Shown: one piece after another, positions 29,440-40,504 of the stretch
Layout: every line of letters begins with the position of its first letter
Position numbering within the stretch: the stretch's first letter is position 1
From: a virus
Taxonomy: Duplodnaviria > Caudoviricetes
Strand: one strand, 5' to 3'
IMG/VR virus record: IMGVR_UViG_3300032280_000442
Span: 128,001-192,000 of that record
Length of the DNA: 64,000 nucleotides
The notes under the pieces: generated by a model
Database searches by the model: none
Told to the model about the DNA's origin: nothing
The model's input: only the letters and a program-made list of their open reading frames with translations
Program-made: the position numbers and the translations under genes

Positions 29440-30678
29440 TTATATTTTAGTATTTACATTAAAAAATTTATACCCGTATTTGACTAAATCACCTACGTTG
29501 TCAACCTCACCCAATCTCTCAACTCTTTCAAGTGCTGAGTTCTTCCCTCGTTCTATAAATATGTTGGATTGCACTTCTGCCTCGTCAATTATGTTCATTA
29601 ATAAATCATTTTTAACTATTGGTTCACAAACTACCATATTAGAGGTTAAACCTGAAGATTTTGTAACAAAAATTGTTGTTCCATTTGAATAATCATAGTA
29701 ATCAATATCATTAATTGTATAGGCCGTATATAACCCAAACCCATCTACACTTGTTCCTGAATATTTTCCAATTACACCAGTATTACCTGTTACTTGAATA
29801 CCCGGTTTATATTTAACCGAACCATATTGTTTTAAATCACTTAATGATGAGGTTGTATAACCTGTTATTAAGAAAGGAATTGATTGTCCCGTAAATGGTG
29901 GGACATTACCTGTATTAAATAACCAAATATCGTTTGTTGTTGTATCACAACTTGAATCTCCACTGAATATATAATTGTAAGAAAGTAGAGTATTCGACCA
30001 ATTACCCCCTGCCGGTTTGAAATAAGCGGTCCCTTTTTGATTTGTTACTGTAGCACCTGTAAATGGTACATACACTGTTTTCTTAATTATGTTCGTTCCC
30101 CAAGGACTCATACCTGATAAAACAATGTTATATGTTTTACCTGTTGTTACTTGAGGGTAAGGGTGTGATAAAGGTAACGTTGATGTCACAGGTTGAACTG
30201 TTGAACCGTCACCCCAATCTATCTTATATGTTGAGAATTCCAAATACTTTTTAAATTCAGTATCCGATGTATTATAGAAATAACATTGATATGGTGAGAC
30301 ACTATTACCACTAAAAACAAAATTTAACATTGTCTCTTGTTGCAATACCATACCATCAAATACCGAGTAATATCCAATATCCGTTACAGTTTCTGTTAAT
30401 AAAATTGGTACCGTTAATCCGGTTAATAATGATGTTCCAAGTTTATTTGTAACCTTTGAAAGGTTCTTGGTGTTTGTTCCTCCTGATAATACTTCAGTCA
30501 TTGATGAGTAGACATAAGATGTCCCCGTCAAATCAATTTTAAAGGTCTTGGCAGGAATAATACAACAATTATTAACTATTCCAGTACCAGTTATAGTTCC
30601 GGCGTTATAAGTCACTTTAAAAATGTCTCCACTAATAAATTCAGGTGATATTTTAATACGATAATCTCTTTCTGTCAT
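29440..30678 (-). CDS. putative structural protein with PKD-like motif
   Basis: YKIDWGDGS...SHPY motif; many [ST]Gx[ST] motifs. Confidence 0.7.
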   Translation of the reverse strand: MTERDYRIKISPEFISGDIFKVTYNAGTITGTGIVNNCCIIPAKTFKIDLTGTSYVYSSMTEVLSGGTNTKNLSKVTNKLGTSLLTGLTVPILLTETVTDIGYYSVFDGMVLQQETMLNFVFSGNSVSPYQCYFYNTSDTEFKKYLEFSTYKIDWGDGSTVQPVTSTLPLSHPYPQVTTGKTYNIVLSGMSPWGTNIIKKTVYVPFTGATVTNQKGTAYFKPAGGNWSNTLLSYNYIFSGDSSCDTTTNDIWLFNTGNVPPFTGQSIPFLITGYTTSSLSDLKQYGSVKYKPGIQVTGNTGVIGKYSGTSVDGFGLYTAYTINDIDYYDYSNGTTIFVTKSSGLTSNMVVCEPIVKNDLLMNIIDEAEVQSNIFIERGKNSALERVERLGEVDNVGDLVKYGYKFFNVNTKI

Positions 30679-30679
30679 A

Positions 30680-31501
30680 TTATGGATTTATATATTCATA
30701 CCATTTTATTGAACTCGTAGTCCCGACTCTGTTTACATTATTAAAAACCTCATATGTTCTATTTGAATAATTTAATCTAACTTCATAGTAGAAATAATCT
30801 TCAGGGTTAAATCTAAATTTTGCAGGTATAGCGCTTTGAGGTGTATTGGTCATTTTAACAAAAATACCCAATCTAGCATCAAAGAATTTTGCCGTCATAT
30901 AAAATTTACTAATATCTAAGAATTTTGTATTTCTCAACCAATATAAAAAGAAACCTTCTTTATCCCCAACATAATCTAATTTAAATGAAGGGATTTTAAT
31001 ATTAACCGGTGGTTGATAAGAAGTTGTTGTTGCTGTCACAGTAAACCCTTGTTGTACCGGTAATATTACCGTAAAATAATTTGTTTGACTAATCGCATCT
31101 TTAGTGTCGTAAAAATCCAATTTAAAAAATGATTTAGTAAACGGTTTTACATAATAATATATTTCAGTTGTTAAAAACCCTTCCGGAATATAACTTGTCA
31201 CCCAATTATTAGCCGTAGATGTTAAAACTTGTGATGAAGGATTTGCCGGAACACCTCCATTAATACTAAAAAAATGAAAATCATATTTAATATCAGTTTT
31301 AGTATCACTACTATAAGGTGCGTGTGCAAATCTTAGTATCTCAAAGTCACCAGGAAAACCAACAACCTCTTCAACAACGTTCTGTTGATATTCTTCAACA
31401 GCATTGTCTTGACCAAGAAAATCCCATTTAATTTCTATTGGTATATTGATATATTTGTCGCCCTCTTTTGGTAAGGTAAATTTATAACTATTATTATTCA
31501 C
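30680..31501 (-). CDS. putative structural protein
   Basis: 273-aa ORF in the tail operon. Confidence 0.7.
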   Translation of the reverse strand: MNNNSYKFTLPKEGDKYINIPIEIKWDFLGQDNAVEEYQQNVVEEVVGFPGDFEILRFAHAPYSSDTKTDIKYDFHFFSINGGVPANPSSQVLTSTANNWVTSYIPEGFLTTEIYYYVKPFTKSFFKLDFYDTKDAISQTNYFTVILPVQQGFTVTATTTSYQPPVNIKIPSFKLDYVGDKEGFFLYWLRNTKFLDISKFYMTAKFFDARLGIFVKMTNTPQSAIPAKFRFNPEDYFYYEVRLNYSNRTYEVFNNVNRVGTTSSIKWYEYINP

Positions 31502-33335
31502 AATTATCGTTTGTTGGTTCTGCAGCCCCGTAAAGAGTTGCGTAATTATTTAAACTACTTTCTATATAATTAGTTCCTTCAGGTATTATTCTAAAAATAA
31601 AATTACTATATGGATAATGTTTTCCGTTTAAAAATGGATAATCAACACCATTACCACTATTATCTTTAAATCCGTAACTATATAAATCTCTCCATATAAA
31701 AGAATTATAGGTTGTTGAGAAATATGAATAATCAGGAACATCCGCCATATTATTAACACTACCGGTTTCTATATAATCAGAATAATCTCTAATTTTTATT
31801 TTGTTATGTGGTTGATAATAATAACCCATTAAATTTTGAGGATTACCACCAATAGGGAAAACAATAGGATTAAATGTAAATTTATGTGAAATTTCACTAA
31901 TCATTCTTTCTTTCTGCTCATAATCATTCCATTCATAAATTCCACCATCAACAACATCACCTTCTTTTAACGAGTTCATATAAGTAAAAGTAATTGGTTG
32001 ACTATTGGGACCTAATCCACTACCAGGTATTGTCTGATAAGTCCCCAAAGAATATGGTTGATTATTTTCGTCAACAAAATTAGATGTTGTATTATTTGAT
32101 TTCCACCAAGTACTCGGAAAACCAAGAGAGGTTAAAGGTAAATTAAACTCATAACCCTGTTTTAACCCAACATATTGACCGGTATTAACATTTTTTATAC
32201 CAAATGTTAACCCAAAATAACCTTTCCATAATGTTGTTATATATAACTCACTTATTGGTCTTTTTTGGTTATCTCTTAATGGATTAACGTCAATATCTTT
32301 ATTAAACGATAAACTATATGATTGAGCCCCTTCTTTAATTGAAACTCTTTTATTATTATTTGGAGTATAAACCGGACTTTCAAATTTCTTTTTTGAACCA
32401 AATATATTTTGTTCAAATCCCGCATTAACCATAACAGCATCATTAACATTTGTTAATAATTTATGTTGTAACACATAATACTTAGATGTTGTGTCATTAG
32501 GATTCTCGTAATTAATTATTCGTTTGAAAGTTCCATTTAAACCTGACACAAATTTTGTAGACGGATATCCAATATCATAGATGTTAAACATATATTCATC
32601 AGTTCCCGGCATACCATCACCTAAGTCAAACACCTGAAATGTATCATTTGTAGTTACCACTCCATTAACAACTATTTTAATTTTAGCAAATTCACTAATG
32701 GATAATCCGTGCTTAACCGGACACACAAACCTTATAACTTTATTACCATTAATGAACGTACTACCGGTTGGAATCACAAATGGAATACCATCAGAAATTG
32801 TCCATTGAACTGGTTGTGAGTTTGGTCCATCGTAATATTCCAAAACTTTATTATAAGAATTTTTATAAGGATAACTTACAAAAAAATTCCAATTGTACGT
32901 TGAAGCACTTCTTGATATAAAATTTATATGATTGTTTGGTGGTTGAGTGTATCCACTAACATTATAATCACTACGAACAAAATCAAATTCGTGATATTGG
33001 GGAAATCCTTGCCAATTAACATTTGCGGAACCTACATTACATTGTTGTAACAATGAGGCGTTTTGATTAATATAATATAAATTATTTTCTAATGGGGTAT
33101 ATCGTGTTGACCCTGTATACGCATTTTCATACAATAATTGAAATTTACAAACAGGTCTAAAAGTTGTTGATTTTTGTCTTTCATCATCAAATAATTGAGC
33201 AAGATTAACATCAATACTTCTATCAAACTCTAGTAAATTCTTTGAATTTTGAACTAAAGGTGTCGGTATAGACAAATCGGTATTAGTTGACGTTTTGTAT
33301 CTTAATGAACCTAAAACAATTCTAATATTATCCAT
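31494..33335 (-). CDS. putative structural protein
   Basis: 613-aa ORF in the tail operon. Confidence 0.7.
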   Translation of the reverse strand: MDNIRIVLGSLRYKTSTNTDLSIPTPLVQNSKNLLEFDRSIDVNLAQLFDDERQKSTTFRPVCKFQLLYENAYTGSTRYTPLENNLYYINQNASLLQQCNVGSANVNWQGFPQYHEFDFVRSDYNVSGYTQPPNNHINFISRSASTYNWNFFVSYPYKNSYNKVLEYYDGPNSQPVQWTISDGIPFVIPTGSTFINGNKVIRFVCPVKHGLSISEFAKIKIVVNGVVTTNDTFQVFDLGDGMPGTDEYMFNIYDIGYPSTKFVSGLNGTFKRIINYENPNDTTSKYYVLQHKLLTNVNDAVMVNAGFEQNIFGSKKKFESPVYTPNNNKRVSIKEGAQSYSLSFNKDIDVNPLRDNQKRPISELYITTLWKGYFGLTFGIKNVNTGQYVGLKQGYEFNLPLTSLGFPSTWWKSNNTTSNFVDENNQPYSLGTYQTIPGSGLGPNSQPITFTYMNSLKEGDVVDGGIYEWNDYEQKERMISEISHKFTFNPIVFPIGGNPQNLMGYYYQPHNKIKIRDYSDYIETGSVNNMADVPDYSYFSTTYNSFIWRDLYSYGFKDNSGNGVDYPFLNGKHYPYSNFIFRIIPEGTNYIESSLNNYATLYGAAEPTNDNCE

Positions 33336-33336
33336 A

Positions 33337-36300
33337 TTAATTTACTACATTATTTGTGTTTATCCATTTAACTCTAAATCTATCAAATGCTGATGCTCCT
33401 CGTCTTAAACCAAAATAAAAATGAAATGGTGCTCCTGTAGTCACTAACTTATCATCACTAGGATTTCTTTGCCAATCACCTGACGCTGCACTTAATTCAA
33501 AACCACCATTAACACTAGGTTTAATCGCATATATATATCCTTTATAATACTGAGTTATTTGAGTAACGTCATTTCTAAAATACCTTGAAGATTGGGCTAC
33601 TCTATCTAATGACTGATATTTATGTGAGAACACCGTACTACCATTAACTGTGAAATCCCAATTATTATATTGTTTACCAAAAATAGAGTCATTTTCTTCA
33701 ATAGCCCATTGTGATAATGGAACTCTTTGAGAGTATACCGGAAAATTATTAAAGGTACAGTTACTATTTGTAACACCTGAAGGATTAATAATTGTTCTTT
33801 TTGGTGTTATATAATCTCTCAATTGAGTATCTGAAGAAAAGAAAATACCTAAAACATTACTACAATCAAAATAAATTGGATTTTGACCGGTAGGACTATC
33901 CGGATAATTTGATGCCACGAATGGTGCAACACCTAACTCTGAATTAATTGAAATTAATTGAGCGTAATCCGCATCAATCATTAATTTAGTCCCTCCAGCA
34001 CCTCTACCTGGTCGACCATTAGAAAAATAAGCTAAAATGTTAGACTTAACTATTAAACCTAAAACATCATTACCAACAAATCTACTTACTATAAACAAAT
34101 TAAGAATGTCATCAACAGTACCAAAAGAAGACGTTTCTAATCTATTAGCAATATACCCGTCATAATCATCCGACATTACCAACTCTTGTAAATAATCAGC
34201 TCTTGGCCCTAAATCCATTATTGTTGTTGGGAACCCAATATTACCCGTTCCAATCTGTTCAAACTCATTTGTTGTTGTGTCATAAGGTGTTGCTCTATAA
34301 TAAAAGTTTCTTGTTTGATTATGATACATTAAAACACTATCACAATAGTCAAATATTGGTTGATTTGGTGTTGGACTAGTCGGCGAAGTATACGCCCCAA
34401 TTTGATTTTTAAATGGAAAAGCGTATAACACCCCATTAACCCAATTATTCACAAATCTATGTGAAAACACGTTTCGACAAGCACCAAGTATAACCAAATT
34501 TCGAGCAATCCACTCAAACATTAGTTTCCAATCATAACCTAATGATAAAAAGATTGTTGTTACAAATTTATAACAACCAAATTCAAAAATTGTTTGACCC
34601 AAATATCTTTGACAATCGGAACCAGCAATATTTATTGTACCATTATTACAACCATAACAAGATAAATTAACAGAACCATTACAAGTAAACGAGTCAAACA
34701 CCCTATTAATTGCCGGAGAACCCGCTAAGTCTTGGAAAGTATACTGTAAGTCACCAGAACCCGCACTTGCGGAGCTACCTTGACTACTAGATACCACTAA
34801 AACACCATCTTCAGGTATTAAAAATATTTTAAAATTAGTATTTTTTTGTAATACCATACCATTACAACAATATTCTTCAACATTAGTTGAGGTAGGCAAT
34901 CTATCACCTCTCATAACAGTTTCATAACCACCTTTAGGATTAATAGATGGATTTAAATTACCTAAGGTAAAGTTTATAGTATTACCGGTTGTGTCATAAA
35001 TTCTTGTAAAATAATTTGATGAAATAGAATAGGGACCATTTCCTGTTACATTGTAAACGGTGTCAACATTACCACCACCAGTTGTTTCGTCATAAGCATT
35101 ATAAAGTTCAAGATTACTATACATAATCGGACCTCCCTCAATAATTTCATTTGGAAAATATCCTTGATTATTACCCGTATTTGTAGTGTAAGGATTACTA
35201 ACATTTATAAAATTAATGTTCGCATAACCAAAAAATGTTCGTATATAAAGAGTATAAACTCTCTGGCTAAACCTATTTTGAGGACTAACTCTTAACCCTG
35301 TCTGTACTCCATTTGTTGGGCCTGTATTGGCGACATTAGTAGTAATTGTTGTAACATTATTTATATTACCCCCACAATTAGCTTTCCACCCCATCGCGGT
35401 TTTATCCATATAAGAATAGTAACTAATTAAATTGGAACTAAAACCTGAGTATTTCGACACCAACAACCCATTTTGATTTACCTGAGGTTGACCAAACTCA
35501 TATGTTGTTACAGGACCTCTTACTTCAGTTATTTGTGGTCTATACGAAAATGAATTAAAATATAATTTTTGACTTGAATATGAATCTGTACTAATATTAC
35601 TATTATTTAAATGACTATTTAAATGACTAACATTTAAAAATTTACCCTGAATTGGTATGTTCATATGGTAAAGACCTGTAACTGTTTTACTATTATAAGA
35701 TGTGTTCCCAAACAATCTACCTAAACCATATGATATTTTTACTTTTGGGGTATAAGGGTCAACACCTCTATTTAAAATTAAAACACACATATTTTGAACA
35801 TCCTCAATAAAATCTAAACAATTAATTATTTGATTTTCGGCTTCATTAAGACGGTTAGAAACGCGACCTTCAGTTTCCTCAATAGCCATAAGTGTTGGAT
35901 TATTAATATAACGACTATTTAAAGAATCTCTACCTATTTGATTACTACACTGACCACTGAATTGACTATAAGTCATACCTGTTATTACTTGGAAATACTC
36001 TACATCTGTCGGAAACTTATGATAATTATTTGTAGTGTCCGCAGTAATATTAACTGAATATGTTTTTTGTAAATTACTACCTGAACTACCATCAGGATTA
36101 GCATAAAAAACTGTTATATTTGTTTGACCTGTTGAGGTTACACCAGTAATTGCATTATTACCATATGTATTTAAAACACCACCTGTAAGATTGACGTCTT
36201 TGGTTAATGTTGGATTTTGAAACGCAATTAATTGACCTGCTGGTAAATTTTGAATACTACTTTTATCACAAAGTATTACAATAGTATTATCAGTATGATA

Positions 36301-38589
36301 CTCTGATTGTTGAGGATTAAAATTAACAGAAATTATATTTACCCCACCACCCGGGTTATTTGTACTACTATTAAAATATTTTGCTTTAACATTAAATAAA
36401 TTAATTTTATCAGAAATTGGTAAATTAGTCGTATAACAAAATCTTGTATTATTCGGGTCTGTTGGATAAGTAAAACTTTGTACATAAGGTGCACCAATGT
36501 TATTTGAGGCATATTGATTATCATATAAAACCCCTGTTAAATTTTGATTAAAAATTTGAGCGACGACCGATTCATATCCATTAGGTGTGTTAGGACCTCT
36601 TGTCGGAATATTAAACGATGCCGGACTAAATAATGATAACATACCAGGAGATAAATCTATTGAGGTAATATCAGTATTAGACACAATAGACACACAACTA
36701 TCAACTTTATTTCCAGCATTTGCTGATGGAGCACCTGTGGCTTCACCAATATCCTCACTTGTGTTTGAATCCGGACTACAAGGACATAGTTCACAATCAG
36801 GATAAGTTAAAATAGGTACTTTAACACCCGATAAATCAATTTTAAATAACTGTTTAACAATAAGAAAAAGAAGTCCTGCCAAAGCAAGATACGCCAATCC
36901 CGCTAAAAATGTTCCAATACTAAATGTCACACCAAGCCCAATACCTGTCGCCCCCGCACACGTTAAAAGACCAATTATACCATAATATGCAACTAATAAA
37001 GGTAATAATATTGTCCTTAAAATCCAAACAACAAAATATAATATGTGTAGTAATAGTATTAACGCAAAAAATACCGGAGTTAAAATTATACTAAAAAACA
37101 TAAAAATGATATATAAAATATCAAATCTAAAGTTCCCATCATTTGTTGGGAATCTATTATTAACACTCGCACAATTATTGTCTAATATATTTTTAATACC
37201 AATATATCTTTCTATACCACTACCTTCTCTTCTACCTGAAATAAATTGAGAAACCGTATAAACTTTATTATATTGCATTAAATAAAATTTATCATCACAA
37301 TTAATGGCCTCTTGTACTATTTTTTGAGCTAAAATATTATCTGATGTTGTACCTGTACGAGCATAATCATTCCAATCAACACTAAACGCGTAAGATTGTT
37401 GTACATTACTACCTTTGTATTCTTTAATATTTGGTACTAAAAAATACCCTCGTCTTGTAGGCTCACTTAATGATGGTGACTGAGACCACTTAATTTTAAA
37501 TCTATATTTGGCTTTAGTTGGTATACCAACTTCCGGGTCATTAGATAATACTTGTTCACCAAATTCATTAGTGGTATAATAATCTAAATTCATTGGTACA
37601 TCAATTAACCAAGTACCGTTTTCATCTATAACTTTACCACCACCTTCTAAACTAAAATTTTCTAAAATTGGTCGTCCATTTGAATCTTGTAAGATTGTTT
37701 GTCTAATCGCTAATATATCTCCAGGACCTACGGTTAAATCACATAAATGGCCTGAATTACTTGGTGGTCTACATCCTGTTGATAACGCATTACTATTTGT
37801 TGTTGAAATTATTGACCCCATAAAAATAGATGTTGGTCTAATATCCACATTAGCTTCACTAGTTAAATCAAAATCAGTTCTTGTAATACCTAAATTACAA
37901 ATTTCAGGTTGACCCCATAACGGGTCTACCTCAATAGATTTACTAAGATTAATAATTTGAGGTAATTCACGTAAATTATTTGATGACCTAAAATTAGTTC
38001 CAGAAACTTGAGCCTCAGTTGCAAGACCCATTCTAATTAAATCTTGAGGTGATAAAGAAAACTCCCCAATATCAGATAAATCAACGTCCATAACAATAGT
38101 ATGAGACCCCACAGGAACACCAAATATCATATAGTCACCACTTTCATTAGTGATTGCGTTATATTTGTAATATTTGTCGTAAACCTCAATTAATGTTGGG
38201 TCCGTTAAAACATCATTTCTTGTGAAAAAAGTTCCGGTCGGAACGTGAGCACTATATGATTTAACATAAGGTAGTAGATTATATCTATACCCCTCATCAT
38301 TATTATCTAATAATGATTTATATGGATATAATTCGGATATAATAGGATTGTTTTGGTCTACACTATCTATAGGAATAAAGATAGAAACTTTAGCATTTGG
38401 AATACCAAAACCATTATTGACACTAACACGTCCAACAATAACTCCATAATCAGAACATTGTCTTGTATAGATATCACTTTGTAATATTTTTAAGGATAGA
38501 ATTTCTAAATGCTCGAATTCTTGTTCAATTAATACCTTCAAAGAAGTATCGACACCGACCTTCGTTCTTATTCTATATGACTTTGACAT
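33337..38589 (-). CDS. large baseplate-associated protein with N-terminal carboxypeptidase-regulatory-like domain and internal multi-helix hydrophobic segment
   Basis: GRVSVNNGFGIPNAKVSI...TNESGDYMIFGVPVG; hydrophobic aa ~488-580; directly downstream of the gp6-like gene. Confidence 0.75.
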   Translation of the reverse strand: MSKSYRIRTKVGVDTSLKVLIEQEFEHLEILSLKILQSDIYTRQCSDYGVIVGRVSVNNGFGIPNAKVSIFIPIDSVDQNNPIISELYPYKSLLDNNDEGYRYNLLPYVKSYSAHVPTGTFFTRNDVLTDPTLIEVYDKYYKYNAITNESGDYMIFGVPVGSHTIVMDVDLSDIGEFSLSPQDLIRMGLATEAQVSGTNFRSSNNLRELPQIINLSKSIEVDPLWGQPEICNLGITRTDFDLTSEANVDIRPTSIFMGSIISTTNSNALSTGCRPPSNSGHLCDLTVGPGDILAIRQTILQDSNGRPILENFSLEGGGKVIDENGTWLIDVPMNLDYYTTNEFGEQVLSNDPEVGIPTKAKYRFKIKWSQSPSLSEPTRRGYFLVPNIKEYKGSNVQQSYAFSVDWNDYARTGTTSDNILAQKIVQEAINCDDKFYLMQYNKVYTVSQFISGRREGSGIERYIGIKNILDNNCASVNNRFPTNDGNFRFDILYIIFMFFSIILTPVFFALILLLHILYFVVWILRTILLPLLVAYYGIIGLLTCAGATGIGLGVTFSIGTFLAGLAYLALAGLLFLIVKQLFKIDLSGVKVPILTYPDCELCPCSPDSNTSEDIGEATGAPSANAGNKVDSCVSIVSNTDITSIDLSPGMLSLFSPASFNIPTRGPNTPNGYESVVAQIFNQNLTGVLYDNQYASNNIGAPYVQSFTYPTDPNNTRFCYTTNLPISDKINLFNVKAKYFNSSTNNPGGGVNIISVNFNPQQSEYHTDNTIVILCDKSSIQNLPAGQLIAFQNPTLTKDVNLTGGVLNTYGNNAITGVTSTGQTNITVFYANPDGSSGSNLQKTYSVNITADTTNNYHKFPTDVEYFQVITGMTYSQFSGQCSNQIGRDSLNSRYINNPTLMAIEETEGRVSNRLNEAENQIINCLDFIEDVQNMCVLILNRGVDPYTPKVKISYGLGRLFGNTSYNSKTVTGLYHMNIPIQGKFLNVSHLNSHLNNSNISTDSYSSQKLYFNSFSYRPQITEVRGPVTTYEFGQPQVNQNGLLVSKYSGFSSNLISYYSYMDKTAMGWKANCGGNINNVTTITTNVANTGPTNGVQTGLRVSPQNRFSQRVYTLYIRTFFGYANINFINVSNPYTTNTGNNQGYFPNEIIEGGPIMYSNLELYNAYDETTGGGNVDTVYNVTGNGPYSISSNYFTRIYDTTGNTINFTLGNLNPSINPKGGYETVMRGDRLPTSTNVEEYCCNGMVLQKNTNFKIFLIPEDGVLVVSSSQGSSASAGSGDLQYTFQDLAGSPAINRVFDSFTCNGSVNLSCYGCNNGTINIAGSDCQRYLGQTIFEFGCYKFVTTIFLSLGYDWKLMFEWIARNLVILGACRNVFSHRFVNNWVNGVLYAFPFKNQIGAYTSPTSPTPNQPIFDYCDSVLMYHNQTRNFYYRATPYDTTTNEFEQIGTGNIGFPTTIMDLGPRADYLQELVMSDDYDGYIANRLETSSFGTVDDILNLFIVSRFVGNDVLGLIVKSNILAYFSNGRPGRGAGGTKLMIDADYAQLISINSELGVAPFVASNYPDSPTGQNPIYFDCSNVLGIFFSSDTQLRDYITPKRTIINPSGVTNSNCTFNNFPVYSQRVPLSQWAIEENDSIFGKQYNNWDFTVNGSTVFSHKYQSLDRVAQSSRYFRNDVTQITQYYKGYIYAIKPSVNGGFELSAASGDWQRNPSDDKLVTTGAPFHFYFGLRRGASAFDRFRVKWINTNNVVN

Positions 38590-38661
38590 TTTTTATCTTT
38601 TTAAATAAATAGTTTATACACTATTTTTAAAAGATAATTCATTATTTTAAAAAATAAATTA

Positions 38662-40500
38662 TTATGAAAAGTTAACAGTTTTTAAATTTTTAACTCTAAT
38701 ATTAATATCTTTATTAGGATATTTTATTTGATAAGTTTGATTTGGTTGAGCAAAAATTGTATCATCAATTAATTCAATTTGTTTTGTTGTACTATCAATA
38801 TATCTTTGAGATGTTTGAGATGATGAATATTGTCCACCAACTTGATTAAATACTTGAATATCCGACAATGAAATTACGCCATTTTCACTTTGTATTAATC
38901 TTCTTAATTCAGATATATTAACATTCTCACCCATTTGTCTGTTAAGAGGGTCAAAATACTCAGAAACTATTGTAATTATTTGAGAAATAACGGTTCCTTG
39001 ATTTTGTGTATTATCTAAAACAACATCAATATTAAAACTTAAATCAATAACATTCGCACTTTGAATTGACACATAATCATTAATCATTCGATAATTTGAC
39101 AAATAATTTGCAACATTATTTTTTAGTGTGTTTGAAATAACTTCGGTTAATCTACCGGTTTCATCATAAGATAACATTTGAACTATTATCTTATTATTAT
39201 TTTCAGTTATTGAAACTTTTGCAGGTGCCCCAAATTGTGATGGCATTGTTCTAATTAACGACTCATAATCATTAACAGTAACCGCTCTTTTTTGTGATGA
39301 AAAATTATACGCAACTAAATTTCTAACTTCCTCTGTTGTTGGGAAACTCGCCCCACCAATCGCTGCGGTTACATTAGTACATCTTAACGAATTAACCACA
39401 GTTGTGTTAACACTATCTGATGGACCATTAACAAAAAATGATACGGTGCCTATTTGTGTAATAGCATTCACACCAATATTACTACCAACACCTCCACCAA
39501 CTCTGTATTGAACAAATAAAGTTGTGTTTGCCTTTAAAGAACTACCTAACGCTAAATTATTAGAATACTTATATAAATTTAATTGATAACCATCCCTTGC
39601 AAATTCTCTTAATTGTTCATCTGCCGATTGTGAACCACCACCAAAAGTCATTTTTAAAAATCCTTCAGGTGTAAATTCTGTAATAAATTTACTACTAGTC
39701 TGTAAATATTTTCCAACTTTAATACCCGGTGCGTCCGATACTTTTGTTGGGTCTTCAACAAATACTCTATCTTCCGCTAAAGAATCCACTTCATACCATC
39801 TATTATCTAAACCTAAAAACTCTTGTACTGATGGGATATTTGTGTATTGTGTACTATCTTTTAACAATACACTAGTCACCCCCAACACATTTTTATCCGG
39901 TAAAAATAATTCATAAAAAGGTCTAACATCATTTGGCGTTATAACTTTTTTAAATACTTTTGTGGTACCATTAACCACAGTTTCTCGTTTAGTGATTGTA
40001 TAATTTAATAATTTATTATTAGAATCAAAATTAGGTATTTTTAACCTATTAGGAAATCCCTCACCATTTATTGGCGACGCAAAATCAATATCGTAAACCG
40101 TTTCAAATACTTGTCCCGCACCATTTACTTGAGAACCTCTACGTAATATACCACAATATCTCAAATCTTCTTTATCTCCAAAAGCAGGAACTGTAATTGA
40201 GAAATCAACTAAAGCAACTGATGGTCTCATACCCGGAACTTTCAATCCATAGGTTTTTGCAATATTAAATATGGATGACCTTTGTTGTGCATATTGAAGA
40301 ACAGTCTCTTGAATACTTCTATCAATATTAAACTGTAAGTTGTCGGTTACCGCAGCATTTAAATCCAATAATACCGAAAAAACAGACGCATCGTTAAAGT
40401 TTTGAATAGTGTCCGGATAATAGGTTTTAGTAAAGTTAATTAACTCTGTTCTAATTGATTGGAAATCTCTTGTAGTATAGGAAATTTTTTTGTTTGCCAT
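38662..40500 (-). CDS. baseplate wedge subunit (T4 gp6 / Baseplate J-like)
   Basis: SYTTRDFQSIRTEL, AQQRSSIFNIAKTYG, YRVGGG..SN, RAVTVNDY. Confidence 0.85.
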   Translation of the reverse strand: MANKKISYTTRDFQSIRTELINFTKTYYPDTIQNFNDASVFSVLLDLNAAVTDNLQFNIDRSIQETVLQYAQQRSSIFNIAKTYGLKVPGMRPSVALVDFSITVPAFGDKEDLRYCGILRRGSQVNGAGQVFETVYDIDFASPINGEGFPNRLKIPNFDSNNKLLNYTITKRETVVNGTTKVFKKVITPNDVRPFYELFLPDKNVLGVTSVLLKDSTQYTNIPSVQEFLGLDNRWYEVDSLAEDRVFVEDPTKVSDAPGIKVGKYLQTSSKFITEFTPEGFLKMTFGGGSQSADEQLREFARDGYQLNLYKYSNNLALGSSLKANTTLFVQYRVGGGVGSNIGVNAITQIGTVSFFVNGPSDSVNTTVVNSLRCTNVTAAIGGASFPTTEEVRNLVAYNFSSQKRAVTVNDYESLIRTMPSQFGAPAKVSITENNNKIIVQMLSYDETGRLTEVISNTLKNNVANYLSNYRMINDYVSIQSANVIDLSFNIDVVLDNTQNQGTVISQIITIVSEYFDPLNRQMGENVNISELRRLIQSENGVISLSDIQVFNQVGGQYSSSQTSQRYIDSTTKQIELIDDTIFAQPNQTYQIKYPNKDINIRVKNLKTVNFS

Positions 40501-40504
40501 AATT

